A DNA stretch of 33,624 bases from an uncultured archaeon (GCA_964442255.1 CAYTYC010000013.1:1-33624), one strand, 5' to 3'; counted from the first letter of the stretch, positions 8,233 through 17,013 are shown. Translations and numbers: made by a program. The notes: generated by a model not told the origin, from the sequence alone.

Positions 8233-10668
8233 TTGGTTTCCATGGAATCAAAAGCCCCAATTCCAAAGGAAGCGCGCTTTTGGGAAACGAGAAAAGAGGG
8301 CGTTGTGCAGTGCCGCGCGTGCAACCGCAACTGCGTGATTGCGGAAGGCAAAACAGGGCTGTGCAGGGTGAGGAAAAACTTTGAAGGAAAGCTCCGTTCC
8401 CTGGTTTACGGAAAAACACTTACCCTGGATGTTGACCCGGTTGAAAAAAAGCCCTTGTTTCATTTCCGTCCGGGAACGGAGTGCCTGGGAATCAGCACAT
8501 ATGGCTGCAATTTTTTCTGCCAGCATTGCTTTACTCCCGAGACTTTAATCGCAACTGACGCGGGGGTCAAAAAAATTAAAGATTTATACAAAAGCGGAAA
8601 AAATGAAAGAAAGGAACTGAATTTTAATGTTAAGGATTTAAATTATCCAAAAGCCATTACGCATAATGGAACAGATTCTGAAATAATTCATTCATTTGAA
8701 CACCACTATGACGGAGTTTTACTGTCTATTAAGCCACATTACACGCCAGGCTTTAGTTGTACCCCGAATCATGAATTGTTTGTGTGCAGGGCCCGTTCTT
8801 CTAACAAAATTGAAAAAATTAGGGCAGATGAACTTTGCCTTTTCGATTATCTGGTGATTCCAAAGATTAAGATTAACCCTGAAAATAAACAAGTATTGGA
8901 CACAAAGAAAATTCTCAGCGCAATTGAAGTGAAGACTAATAAAGCAAAAAGAAAAGTTATCCCTAACTTCGATAAAATAGTGAGATTGAAAGAGGAAGGT
9001 TGTTCTTCAAGAGAAATAGGGAAAATAATTGGTTTGCATCCCGCCTATGTGGGAACTTTCTTTTCTAAACTGAAAAAGAAGGGAAAAGATCACGTGTTTC
9101 ATGACACTATTTTAATAAAAGAAAAAGGAAACAGGGTTAAATTCAAGAACGAGAAAGGCAAAGGGGTTCCGAAGAAACTTCCCATCAACGGAGATTTTGC
9201 TTCTTTGCTGGGTTATTATTGTTCTGAAGGCTGCATAATAAAACATAAGAAAAGACAAAACAGTTATGGCCTGGTTTTCAGTTTTGGCGCTCATGAGCCG
9301 CATTTGGTCAATAGCGTCAAAAATTTGGGGAAAAAAATCTTTGGACTAGAGCCCAAATGTAAACGCACAAAGTCTAACACAGTTAACATTCATTTTTATA
9401 GCTCTTCTGTGGCCCTGCTTTTTAAGCTTCTTTGCGGGGCGGGGGCCCGCAATAAGGTTGTGCCTGAAATCCTGTTTCGTGCAGACAAAAGGGTTGTCAG
9501 CAGTTTTCTTTACGCTTACGCTGAAGGCGACGGATGGGTTGGGGATGGCAGCCACCCGATAAGCATTAACACAGTTTCAAAAGAGCTTGCCGTTGGAGTT
9601 TATTGCCTTTTTTTGAGGACAGGGTTTATCCCAAGTTTCCATGAATGGAACCCAAAGCCCAAAAAAAGGATTCAAGGGAGAGAAATTAATCAGTCACCGC
9701 TTTTTTATGTGAAACTTTATTCAGAGAGATCCCGGAAAAGGTTTGCTTTGGGAACCAGAAAATCCGGGCACGATATTAAGGGCAAAAGCAGAGTGCTGTA
9801 TATCGAGAAAAAAAACCATTACCTTATCCCGGTCCACAGAATATCAAAACAGGATTACACAGGCCTTGTTTACAATTTGGAGGTTTTAGGTGACCACTCA
9901 TACCTGGCAAATTTTGTTGCGGCGGGAAACTGCCAGAACTTCCATTTAAGCCAGGAATGGGGGGAAGGTGCGCTGGAAAAAGTGCCTTTCCGTTCTCCGG
10001 AGGAGGTGGTGCAGGCGGCGATTTCCGCGGGCGTTCCCGGGATTGCGTACACTTACACCGAACCCACTGTTTTCATTGAATACTGCCTGGACATAATGGA
10101 AGAAGCGAAGGAAAAAGGCCTGTACAACGTGTTTGTAAGCAACGGCTACATGGGAAAAGGGGTTGTAAAAGAGGCATCCAAAACACTGGACGCAATAAAC
10201 ATTGACCTAAAGGGAAACGGCCTCTTCTATAACGAGGTTTGCGGGCAGGCGAAAAAGGAAAAGGTTTTGGAAAACATTAAGGCTTTCCACGAAAGGGGGG
10301 TGCATGTGGAGGTCACAAACCTCATCATCCCCGGCTTCAACGACAATGAAAAGGATTTCAGGGAAACCGCGGAATTCATTGCCTCTTTGGATAAGGAAAT
10401 GCCCCTGCATTTTTCGCGTTTCCACCCCCAATTCAAAATGGATTGCCTTTCCCCCACGCCCGAGGAAAAACTTTTGAAGGCAAAGGAGATTGCGGAGAAA
10501 ACAGGGCTGAAATTCGTTTACCTCGGAAATTTGGGGAAAGACGGGGACACCCGCTGCAAAAAGTGCGGTGCCATTCTGGTTAAAAGAAGCGGGTTTTCAG
10601 CTGAGGTTGAAGGGCTGGGGAAAGGAAAATGCGTTAAATGCGGGGCGGAAAACAATTTTATCGCCTGA
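8233..10668 (+). CDS. amrS: AmmeMemoRadiSam system radical SAM enzyme (PFL-activase-like), intein-containing
   Basis: CRACNRNC, GLCRVR, DPVEKKPLFHFRPG, GCNFFCQH|CQN, IAYTYTEP, NIDLKG, EVTNLIIPG, PLHFSRFHP; start could be 8242. Confidence 0.9.
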   Translation: MVSMESKAPIPKEARFWETRKEGVVQCRACNRNCVIAEGKTGLCRVRKNFEGKLRSLVYGKTLTLDVDPVEKKPLFHFRPGTECLGISTYGCNFFCQHCFTPETLIATDAGVKKIKDLYKSGKNERKELNFNVKDLNYPKAITHNGTDSEIIHSFEHHYDGVLLSIKPHYTPGFSCTPNHELFVCRARSSNKIEKIRADELCLFDYLVIPKIKINPENKQVLDTKKILSAIEVKTNKAKRKVIPNFDKIVRLKEEGCSSREIGKIIGLHPAYVGTFFSKLKKKGKDHVFHDTILIKEKGNRVKFKNEKGKGVPKKLPINGDFASLLGYYCSEGCIIKHKKRQNSYGLVFSFGAHEPHLVNSVKNLGKKIFGLEPKCKRTKSNTVNIHFYSSSVALLFKLLCGAGARNKVVPEILFRADKRVVSSFLYAYAEGDGWVGDGSHPISINTVSKELAVGVYCLFLRTGFIPSFHEWNPKPKKRIQGREINQSPLFYVKLYSERSRKRFALGTRKSGHDIKGKSRVLYIEKKNHYLIPVHRISKQDYTGLVYNLEVLGDHSYLANFVAAGNCQNFHLSQEWGEGALEKVPFRSPEEVVQAAISAGVPGIAYTYTEPTVFIEYCLDIMEEAKEKGLYNVFVSNGYMGKGVVKEASKTLDAINIDLKGNGLFYNEVCGQAKKEKVLENIKAFHERGVHVEVTNLIIPGFNDNEKDFRETAEFIASLDKEMPLHFSRFHPQFKMDCLSPTPEEKLLKAKEIAEKTGLKFVYLGNLGKDGDTRCKKCGAILVKRSGFSAEVEGLGKGKCVKCGAENNFIA
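8527..9930 (+). mobile_element. Intein with LAGLIDADG homing endonuclease (468 aa)
   Basis: Block A CFTPETLI, block B CTPNHELF, endonuclease motifs LLGYYCSEG and FLYAYAEGDG, block F/G VYNLEV..DHSYLAN..AGN followed by Cys+1. Confidence 0.95.
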
Positions 10669-10683
10669 TTTCCGGAAACCGCC

Positions 10684-10794
10684 ACTACAGAAACAAAATC
10701 ACACAAGCCCAAGGAAATGCGTTGTCGGGGTTTTGTTGATTGTTTTTTATTTTATGAACTACAGAAACAAAATCACACAAGCCCAAGGAAATGC
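10684..10794. repeat. 37-bp perfect direct repeat flanking a unique 37-bp insert
   Basis: ACTACAGAAACAAAATCACACAAGCCCAAGGAAATGC at 10684-10720 and 10758-10794. Confidence 0.92.
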
Positions 10795-11066
10795 AGTACA
10801 AGCATTGAGCCAATTCCAGCCAGGCCAAACACCACGGTTACGGCGAGTGTCGGGAGAAGGGGCAAGCTGATTTTGAACACAAAGTAAATTATTGCCAGAA
10901 CCACGAGCCCGGCAATGGTGTTTGCAATTATTTTCTTTAAGAAAAAGAATATTGCAACCGCGCCCACGATAAGCAGTATTCCTATGACCAGCACCGCGGG
11001 CTCTCCCGCAAAGGATGCCGCGGCGCCAAGCCCTTCCTTTAGGGTTTCAGTGCCCGCTTCAGCCAT
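10773..11066 (-). CDS. Small membrane protein, BofA-like
   Basis: Three hydrophobic segments, KIIANTIAGLVVL...FGLAGIG; start codon lies inside the 15-bp tandem repeat, so the start is uncertain. Confidence 0.7.
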   Translation of the reverse strand: MAEAGTETLKEGLGAAASFAGEPAVLVIGILLIVGAVAIFFFLKKIIANTIAGLVVLAIIYFVFKISLPLLPTLAVTVVFGLAGIGSMLVLHFLGLV

Positions 11067-11268
11067 TCCGTTCAAAGCCATTCCGTTCAAAGCCATTCCG
11101 TTCAAAGCCATTCCNNNNNNNNNNNNNNNNNNNNNNNNNNNNNNNNNNNNNNNNNNNNNNNNNNNNNNNNNNNNNNNNNNNNNNNNNNNNNNNNNNNNNN
11201 NNNNNNNNNNNNNNAGCCATTCCGTTCAAAGCCATTCCGTTCAAAGCCATTCCGTTCAAAGCCATTCC
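11061..11268. repeat. Perfect 15-bp tandem repeat AGCCATTCCGTTCAA flanking a scaffold gap
   Basis: About 3.6 copies on each side of the N run at 11115-11214. Confidence 0.9.
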
Positions 11269-11330
11269 TTATTAACTGGAACTGAATCCATTAAAAGGCT
11301 TTTTTAAACCTTTTTTTTCCCACTTTTACT

Positions 11331-11966
11331 ATGCCTTTCACGGAGGAACAGAAAAAGATTTCCGCGGCGCTTGTGCACGGCCCCAGAACCGCGGAAGAAC
11401 TGGCGGAAGAAACAGGGTTCACTGAATCAAGGGTGGCTGAAGAGATAAAAGGGCTTATGAAACTGAAGCTTGTTTCAAGGGAAGGCTTTCCCACCAAATA
11501 CAAGATAGACGAGAAAATCTGGGGGCAGGCCAAGAAAAGAAGGGAGGTAGCGGAAGCAGACAAGTTCCGCCTCCGGATGAACATCATAATTGAGGTGCAG
11601 GGAATTCTGGAGGAATTGGTGGAAAAACAGCTGAAGGACATTGAAAAAAAGCTTAAGGAAGACGAGGACTTCACAGTGTACAGCGCGGAGCACGCGGAAA
11701 CAGCAAAGGAAGGCGAGCATTTCACGGGGTTCATTGAAGTCGGCTTGACTGTAAGGGATTTCCGCGCGCTAATGAAGCTTGTGTTCAGCTTTGGCCCCTC
11801 TTCCATAGAGGTGTTGAGGCCCGAAAAAATCGATCTCACTTTGGATGAACTGCAGGACGGATTGCATTACGCCTCCGAAATGGTCCAATCCTATGTGGCT
11901 TACATCGCGCAAAAGCTTACCCGCGATGAGCTGGAGCGGTTCAACAAGGACCTTTTCGGAAGATAA
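11331..11966 (+). CDS. Hypothetical protein with N-terminal winged HTH
   Basis: GPRTAEELAEETG..ESRVAEEIKGLMKLKLV; C-terminal FGPSSIEVLRP domain. Confidence 0.75.
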   Translation: MPFTEEQKKISAALVHGPRTAEELAEETGFTESRVAEEIKGLMKLKLVSREGFPTKYKIDEKIWGQAKKRREVAEADKFRLRMNIIIEVQGILEELVEKQLKDIEKKLKEDEDFTVYSAEHAETAKEGEHFTGFIEVGLTVRDFRALMKLVFSFGPSSIEVLRPEKIDLTLDELQDGLHYASEMVQSYVAYIAQKLTRDELERFNKDLFGR

Positions 11967-12097
11967 AATTTTTTTGTTATCCCTTATTGACGAAAAAAAC
12001 AACCGAACCCTTACGCTTATTGCCGAAGAGGAGTTCTGCAAAGAGCCGAAGTTTGCCCTTTAAACGGCTAACGGAGGCAAATCCTTTCCCTGCTTAC

Positions 12098-12113
12098 CGA
12101 AACCTATATAAAG
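12098..12113 (+). promoter_or_regulatory. BRE-TATA promoter of the S-layer gene
   Basis: CGAAACC-TATATAAAG about 25 bp upstream of a structured leader. Confidence 0.65.
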
Positions 12114-12133
12114 GCTAATAAGCAACCAATTAT

Positions 12134-12186
12134 AGAGCCTTTTTATGTCTTTAAACTTTCAGATGGTTTTAGGCGTTTAGGGCTCT
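12134..12186 (+). promoter_or_regulatory. Long 5'-UTR stem-loop
   Basis: Nested pairing AGAGCC/GGCTCT, ATGTCT/AGGCGT and AAACT/GGTTT; RBS GAGGTGA at 12204-12210. Confidence 0.6.
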
Positions 12187-12218
12187 GATTATTGTTAGAT
12201 TGTGAGGTGAAACAAAAC

Positions 12219-15077
12219 ATGAGAGGTTTTAATGTAAAAAAACTCGTTGCAATCGGAACAGGTGCCGCATTAATTGGTGCTGCATTGGCTCCGGTTTCAG
12301 CGGACTTAAGGGACGACCTCTATGACAGCGACGGAACTCCTTTGGCAAGCGTTGTCGTTGGTGACAATGCTGCCTTGAGCGACGTTGTGTGGGCAGGCAA
12401 CATTGCAGCGGCAATGGCCTTGAAGGCCTATTCCGAGGTGCCGATTACTTGCGACACCGCGGGAAGCTGCGCAACAGACGCCACCCCGACACTGACAGGA
12501 TTAATGGTTGACTTGTCTGTCGGCGGAACCACCACTGTCACAGGGGGAAAAACATTTTTCGAAGACATGAATTCAATGGCAGGCACATCAGGGAGAGAAA
12601 CAAACTTCTATAACCAGCAGGTAACCTACTCAAGCATTCCGAACCTGTACTACGACAGCGCAAGGTCACAGACATACAACGGCAGCTCCTACACTACAAC
12701 CCTCCAGGAAAAGCTCAACTTTACTTTGAATGCCGAATTTGATGACGTAGTGAAAAAGGCATTGGCCGGAAGAATTGGAATCGGCCAATTGAAGTATGTG
12801 TTGAGCCTGGGAACAGGAGTGAATGCCTGGGAATCAGGCACAGGAACAGTGAAGTACACGGATGACGGAAACGACAATGTAAGGTTTCCGATTTTCGGCG
12901 ACGACTACCTGCTGAAAACAGCCGACTACAACTCAGGATCCCTTGAGCTGGTTAAGTCTGCGGCGGAGAAAACCTACGTTGACGGCGACAAAATTGAGGG
13001 CCTTGAAGGAAAGGACGGAGAAACCTATTACATTGAAGTGGGCGGAGGAGTGACCATCAGCAACGTGACAAACGTTGAGCTGAGGCTTTACAAGGAAGAC
13101 GGCACACTTGTCCAGTCCGACAACTTTCCGGCGGGAGACGTAAGGTTTTACAGCGACGACACGGGGGAAGAGATTCTCCAGACGCTGGTCAACATCAGCG
13201 CAATCGGAACCACAACAACGGCGGACGCGACAGTTTACAAGCCCCAGATTCTGGTGGGCTCAAACAGGCTGTTGATCTACCACGACAAGGGTTTCAGTCT
13301 TGAAAACGGAGGATACGACTCAAGCCTGACAGACAGCGAATACCTGTACAAAGCGAAAATCAACTGGGGCGACGCTGCAACCTCTGCGACAGGAAAAATC
13401 AAGGACATAAACATTGAGAACTGGACCCAGCTCAGCTTCACAGGCCAGGATGCTTTGGGAGTGGGCGATGAAGCCACTTTCCCGGGGGAAATGGGCTCAG
13501 TGAAGTTTTTGGGTTTCCAGCTGCCGGGATTTGAATCCGTAAGCAAGACAGAGAGAACCACCGTGGTAACCTTTGGAAATGAGAAACTGACTTACAAGGA
13601 TTCCACATTTGAATCATCACACGAGCTTCCATTCTACAGGGATTCTCTTTCACTGTCAAATCTGGGCAGTTGGTCAACATCAATTGACGGAAAGAATTTT
13701 TGGGCGATGGTGAATACAGCGGACAAAAATGTTTTGTCATACAATTCGGCGACATCAGCGTACGACGGATCCCACACTTGCATCGGAGACAACAACTACA
13801 TCAACGGCCAGGTGGTAGAAGTTTCAAGCGTTGACGCAACCAATGCCACAATCAACGGAACAGCAACATACGAAGTCGGCGACACAGTGGACATCAACGG
13901 ACAGCATTTCACATACTCCGGGCATGATACCACTGTTGGCTGTGTCTACCTGACAGCGGACGGAAACGTTACCCTTCGAAAGGATTCAGCAACAGGCGAA
14001 TTGGTAATGGATTACTTCTACGCTGATGAAAACGTCGGGACCGGCATGCCCATTGGCTTTGAAGGAACAAGTGATGTGAGCACAGACTACATCGTTATGG
14101 TGGACGAAAGTGCATCTTCCGGGACTTCAGACACTGCAAATATCTGGCTATTCCTTGACGGCCAGAACATAGCCACACAGTACGGCAAACTCATTACAGT
14201 GAAGGGAACAGACACCGCCGAAGACGGATCAGGCACAATGGACGTAAACTACTACGAACCAAATCATCCATCACTTCCGTCATCACTTAACGGAAGCCCA
14301 AATTATACTGCAAACGACCACAAGATAGCCTGGTTTGAACTGGATGAAGACGAGGGCGGAGTAAAAGACTTCAACGTCTTCATTGACACAGTGTACGACT
14401 TCGGAAACCTTGTGAACCCGGACGACACCACACTAAGCAACTACCCCTATGAAGTCCATTACCTGCCTAACGGAACCGACGACAGCGTAACCTGGTCGTT
14501 GAGCGAAAGCCCAACCAAGGGCTACCCGACCGAAGGATACTCCGATTGGGGGACAAAAGTGAGTGTCAGCGACGACATTGCTACCTTCACTTTCCCGGAA
14601 AACAGGCCTCAATTGGAAGTCCTGGTTTCAGGCACAGGAACAAGCACTGAAGTCAGCGGCGGAGAAGACTTTGAAGGCGTGGAATCCGGAGAAATAGTGA
14701 CAACCACAGACGGAACAAAAGTAACGGTGACTGACATCACCTACGTAAGCAATGTGTGCGAAGGAACTGTCGGAGGAGACATTGTCTGCAACACAGACCC
14801 TTCACTGGCGATAACGCCTGTAAGCAGGGTCGGCTACCTGGTCGGCCTGGCTTCAGAGGCGCCGCTTGGAACACGCGTTGTGGTGGGCGGATGGAAAGTC
14901 AACAGCCTGGCAAGCGGAGTCAAATTCGGTGGAGTTGACATCGAATCCGAACTCAAGGCTTCAGGCGACTTTGTTGCAGAGAAAGCCGACAACGGCGACT
15001 ACATCGTTGCGGGCTGGACTGCAAGCGACACCGTCGCAGCAGCGAAAGAATTCATTGACATGCTGGAAGCAATTTGA
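12219..15077 (+). CDS. S-layer protein
   Basis: Signal KKLVAIGTGAALIGA; S-layer N motif VVVGDNAALSDVVWAGNIAA; C motif VVVGG..VN...IVAGWTASDTVAAAKEFI; acidic and Thr-rich with many NxS/T sequons. Confidence 0.9.
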   Translation: MRGFNVKKLVAIGTGAALIGAALAPVSADLRDDLYDSDGTPLASVVVGDNAALSDVVWAGNIAAAMALKAYSEVPITCDTAGSCATDATPTLTGLMVDLSVGGTTTVTGGKTFFEDMNSMAGTSGRETNFYNQQVTYSSIPNLYYDSARSQTYNGSSYTTTLQEKLNFTLNAEFDDVVKKALAGRIGIGQLKYVLSLGTGVNAWESGTGTVKYTDDGNDNVRFPIFGDDYLLKTADYNSGSLELVKSAAEKTYVDGDKIEGLEGKDGETYYIEVGGGVTISNVTNVELRLYKEDGTLVQSDNFPAGDVRFYSDDTGEEILQTLVNISAIGTTTTADATVYKPQILVGSNRLLIYHDKGFSLENGGYDSSLTDSEYLYKAKINWGDAATSATGKIKDINIENWTQLSFTGQDALGVGDEATFPGEMGSVKFLGFQLPGFESVSKTERTTVVTFGNEKLTYKDSTFESSHELPFYRDSLSLSNLGSWSTSIDGKNFWAMVNTADKNVLSYNSATSAYDGSHTCIGDNNYINGQVVEVSSVDATNATINGTATYEVGDTVDINGQHFTYSGHDTTVGCVYLTADGNVTLRKDSATGELVMDYFYADENVGTGMPIGFEGTSDVSTDYIVMVDESASSGTSDTANIWLFLDGQNIATQYGKLITVKGTDTAEDGSGTMDVNYYEPNHPSLPSSLNGSPNYTANDHKIAWFELDEDEGGVKDFNVFIDTVYDFGNLVNPDDTTLSNYPYEVHYLPNGTDDSVTWSLSESPTKGYPTEGYSDWGTKVSVSDDIATFTFPENRPQLEVLVSGTGTSTEVSGGEDFEGVESGEIVTTTDGTKVTVTDITYVSNVCEGTVGGDIVCNTDPSLAITPVSRVGYLVGLASEAPLGTRVVVGGWKVNSLASGVKFGGVDIESELKASGDFVAEKADNGDYIVAGWTASDTVAAAKEFIDMLEAI

Positions 15078-15089
15078 TTCCGGCAAACA

Positions 15090-15130
15090 AAAAAGGTCTT
15101 TTAAAGGCCTTTTCTTCTTCTTTTTTTTTT
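15090..15130 (+). terminator. Hairpin plus T-tract terminator
   Basis: AAAAGGTC...GGCCTTTT followed by a long T run. Confidence 0.6.
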
Positions 15131-15192
15131 AATTTCCTTCCAGCCGGAGGCACGTCCCGGCAGGAATTTTTTGGCGTGAATTCCAGTGCCTC

Positions 15193-15370
15193 AAAAACTA
15201 TTTCGTGGAGCCCCGGCTGTTTTAATGGGCGAATGAATTGTTTCCGTCAGAATTGGACTGTGTTGGACTGGTTTGTGTTGTTAAGCCGGCTGTTTTAATG
15301 GGCGAATGAATTGTTTCCGTCAGGCCGTTTGCGGGAACAAAAATTCAGCGGATTTTTAACCCGCCGTAGT
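15193..15370. repeat. Dispersed ~105-bp intergenic element, copy 1 (carries a duplication+insert)
   Basis: Similar to 22377-22483, including identical CAGGCCGTTTGCGGGAACAAAAATTC. Confidence 0.8.
15213..15323. repeat. 38-bp perfect direct repeat flanking a unique 35-bp insert
   Basis: CCGGCTGTTTTAATGGGCGAATGAATTGTTTCCGTCAG at 15213-15250 and 15286-15323. Confidence 0.92.
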
Positions 15371-15430
15371 CTAAAAAAAAACCTCTGCTTTGGCTCCGCT
15401 TTTTATTGCTTTCCCACCTGAATTCTACAA

Positions 15431-16033
15431 ATGAAATGGAAGGAGATTGTGTTGGCTGTTGCGATAATAATCGCTATTGCCGCCCTGGTTTACGTGAACT
15501 TTCTTCCAAAGGAAAAAGCCTACACCTATTCGGTGCGGGAAGAGGGCGTGCTTTTTGCCTCGGATTTGGCTCCCCCCGGGGAACTGCTCCAGTTCAACGC
15601 CCAGCACAGCACCTTCATTGTTTCGCATGAATTCAGGGAAGGAACCGAAAACTTGGATGACGTGACAAACGCCTTGACCGCATTTCAGGCGGTCCTCACG
15701 GCCGCGGACAAAAAAGTTGTAACCGTTTTAAGGGAAACCGATGCGGAAGGGAACCTTTTGGGCTGCCAGACAAACAAGGGGGACAGGAAAGAAGTGTTCG
15801 AGGTTTCGGCCGAGGAGTGCAGGGAAATCCTGCGGGAAAAAGGCGTTCTGGTAAATATTTTTTCCCCTGACCCCTCACTGAAACAGCCCACGGTTGTTTT
15901 GCACAGGGAAAAAATAGATGTTTTTCCCTCTTCCGAAAACAATTCTTCCCTTTATCTTCTCATCCTTAAATCCATGTTCAGGAACACGCAGGAGGTTCTG
16001 GACGCAATCAACGCAATGGTTGCCGTAAGGTAA
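15431..16033 (+). CDS. Membrane-anchored hypothetical protein
   Basis: N-terminal TM helix followed by a soluble domain with a Cys pair. Confidence 0.75.
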   Translation: MKWKEIVLAVAIIIAIAALVYVNFLPKEKAYTYSVREEGVLFASDLAPPGELLQFNAQHSTFIVSHEFREGTENLDDVTNALTAFQAVLTAADKKVVTVLRETDAEGNLLGCQTNKGDRKEVFEVSAEECREILREKGVLVNIFSPDPSLKQPTVVLHREKIDVFPSSENNSSLYLLILKSMFRNTQEVLDAINAMVAVR

Positions 16034-16038
16034 GCTCA

Positions 16039-17013
16039 ATGAACAGCGCATTGTTTAAGTCAGCTGCCGCGTTCATCCTTTTTTTTGCAGTCCTTGCGGT
16101 TCTTTCCATTCTCACTAACGCCTTTGAGGTTTTAAGGGAATTAAGTGTCCCGCTTTTTGTTCTTGCATCGCTTTTTTTCATGGCAAGCGTTTTGCTTTGG
16201 GTCCTTTCCTGGGCGCACATCATAAAAAGAAAATCACGGGTTCCACTCAAATCTCTTTTGGTAATAGGCTTTTCCTCTTTGTACGGCTCCCTGACCCCCG
16301 TGCAGCTTGGCGCGGAGGCCCTCCGCTCCATGGGCCTGAAAAAAAATTTTGGCGTCCCTTACAGTGAATCCATTTCCGCGAGCGTAATAGTAAAGGGAAC
16401 CAAGTTTTTGATTCTCGCATTCCTTTTCCTTTTGGTTCTGTCCCTTTTTTTGCTTCAGGCGGAGGCAAGCGGGATTTTTTTGTTCGGAATTTTAAGCGGG
16501 TTTGCGGTGGTGGTGCTTGCGGTCCTTGTTTTCCTTTTTCCCCTAAGCAGGCGGCTCGGGGAAAGGCTTTCCCTGTTTTTTGAATGGCTGGCGAAGAGAA
16601 TCAAGCCTTGCGGTCTCCTTTCCGGGTTTTTCAGAAGCTATTCCCTTCACCTCCGTTCAGTTTCCCCGCGCTCTTTTTTATTTGTTCTCGTTTTGTCTGT
16701 TTTTTCCTGGGGGCTGGAATTCCTTGCATTGAATTACAGTTTCCTGTCAGTCGGAATTGGGCTGAACATTCTCCCCGTGCTTGTTTTGTTTGTTTTGGTT
16801 TCCGTCCTTGAAAGGAATCCCGTTCTTCCCCGCGGAATCGGCTTGGTGGAGTTTGTGGGCTTTTATTACCTTTCAATTCCCGCATTTGTTGACTCCGCTT
16901 TGACGGTTTCCCAGATCGGCGCAGTTCTGGTGGTGTTTGATGTTGTGAGGCTGGCTGTTCCCGCCTTACTGAGCATTGCGGTAAGCTTTTTGTTCAGCCC
17001 AAAAAAAGCATGA
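16039..17013 (+). CDS. Lysylphosphatidylglycerol-synthase TM / flippase-like protein (UPF0104)
   Basis: Multi-TM; LTPVQLGAEALR and PRGIGLVE motifs. Confidence 0.8.
   Translation: MNSALFKSAAAFILFFAVLAVLSILTNAFEVLRELSVPLFVLASLFFMASVLLWVLSWAHIIKRKSRVPLKSLLVIGFSSLYGSLTPVQLGAEALRSMGLKKNFGVPYSESISASVIVKGTKFLILAFLFLLVLSLFLLQAEASGIFLFGILSGFAVVVLAVLVFLFPLSRRLGERLSLFFEWLAKRIKPCGLLSGFFRSYSLHLRSVSPRSFLFVLVLSVFSWGLEFLALNYSFLSVGIGLNILPVLVLFVLVSVLERNPVLPRGIGLVEFVGFYYLSIPAFVDSALTVSQIGAVLVVFDVVRLAVPALLSIAVSFLFSPKKA

Noticed and set aside
10684..10720. Resemblance of target C to a Cas14a-type repeat recalled from memory
   Set aside because: Only patchy identity, and the sequence is host coding DNA; not supportable without a database comparison
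10915..11307. ORFs crossing the N gap (also 2332-2658)
   Set aside because: Artefacts of translating Ns and repeats
2189..15323. Canonical CRISPR array
   Set aside because: Each unit has a different repeat and a single distinct spacer, and no leader or cas gene is visible; reported as repeats and as a finding instead
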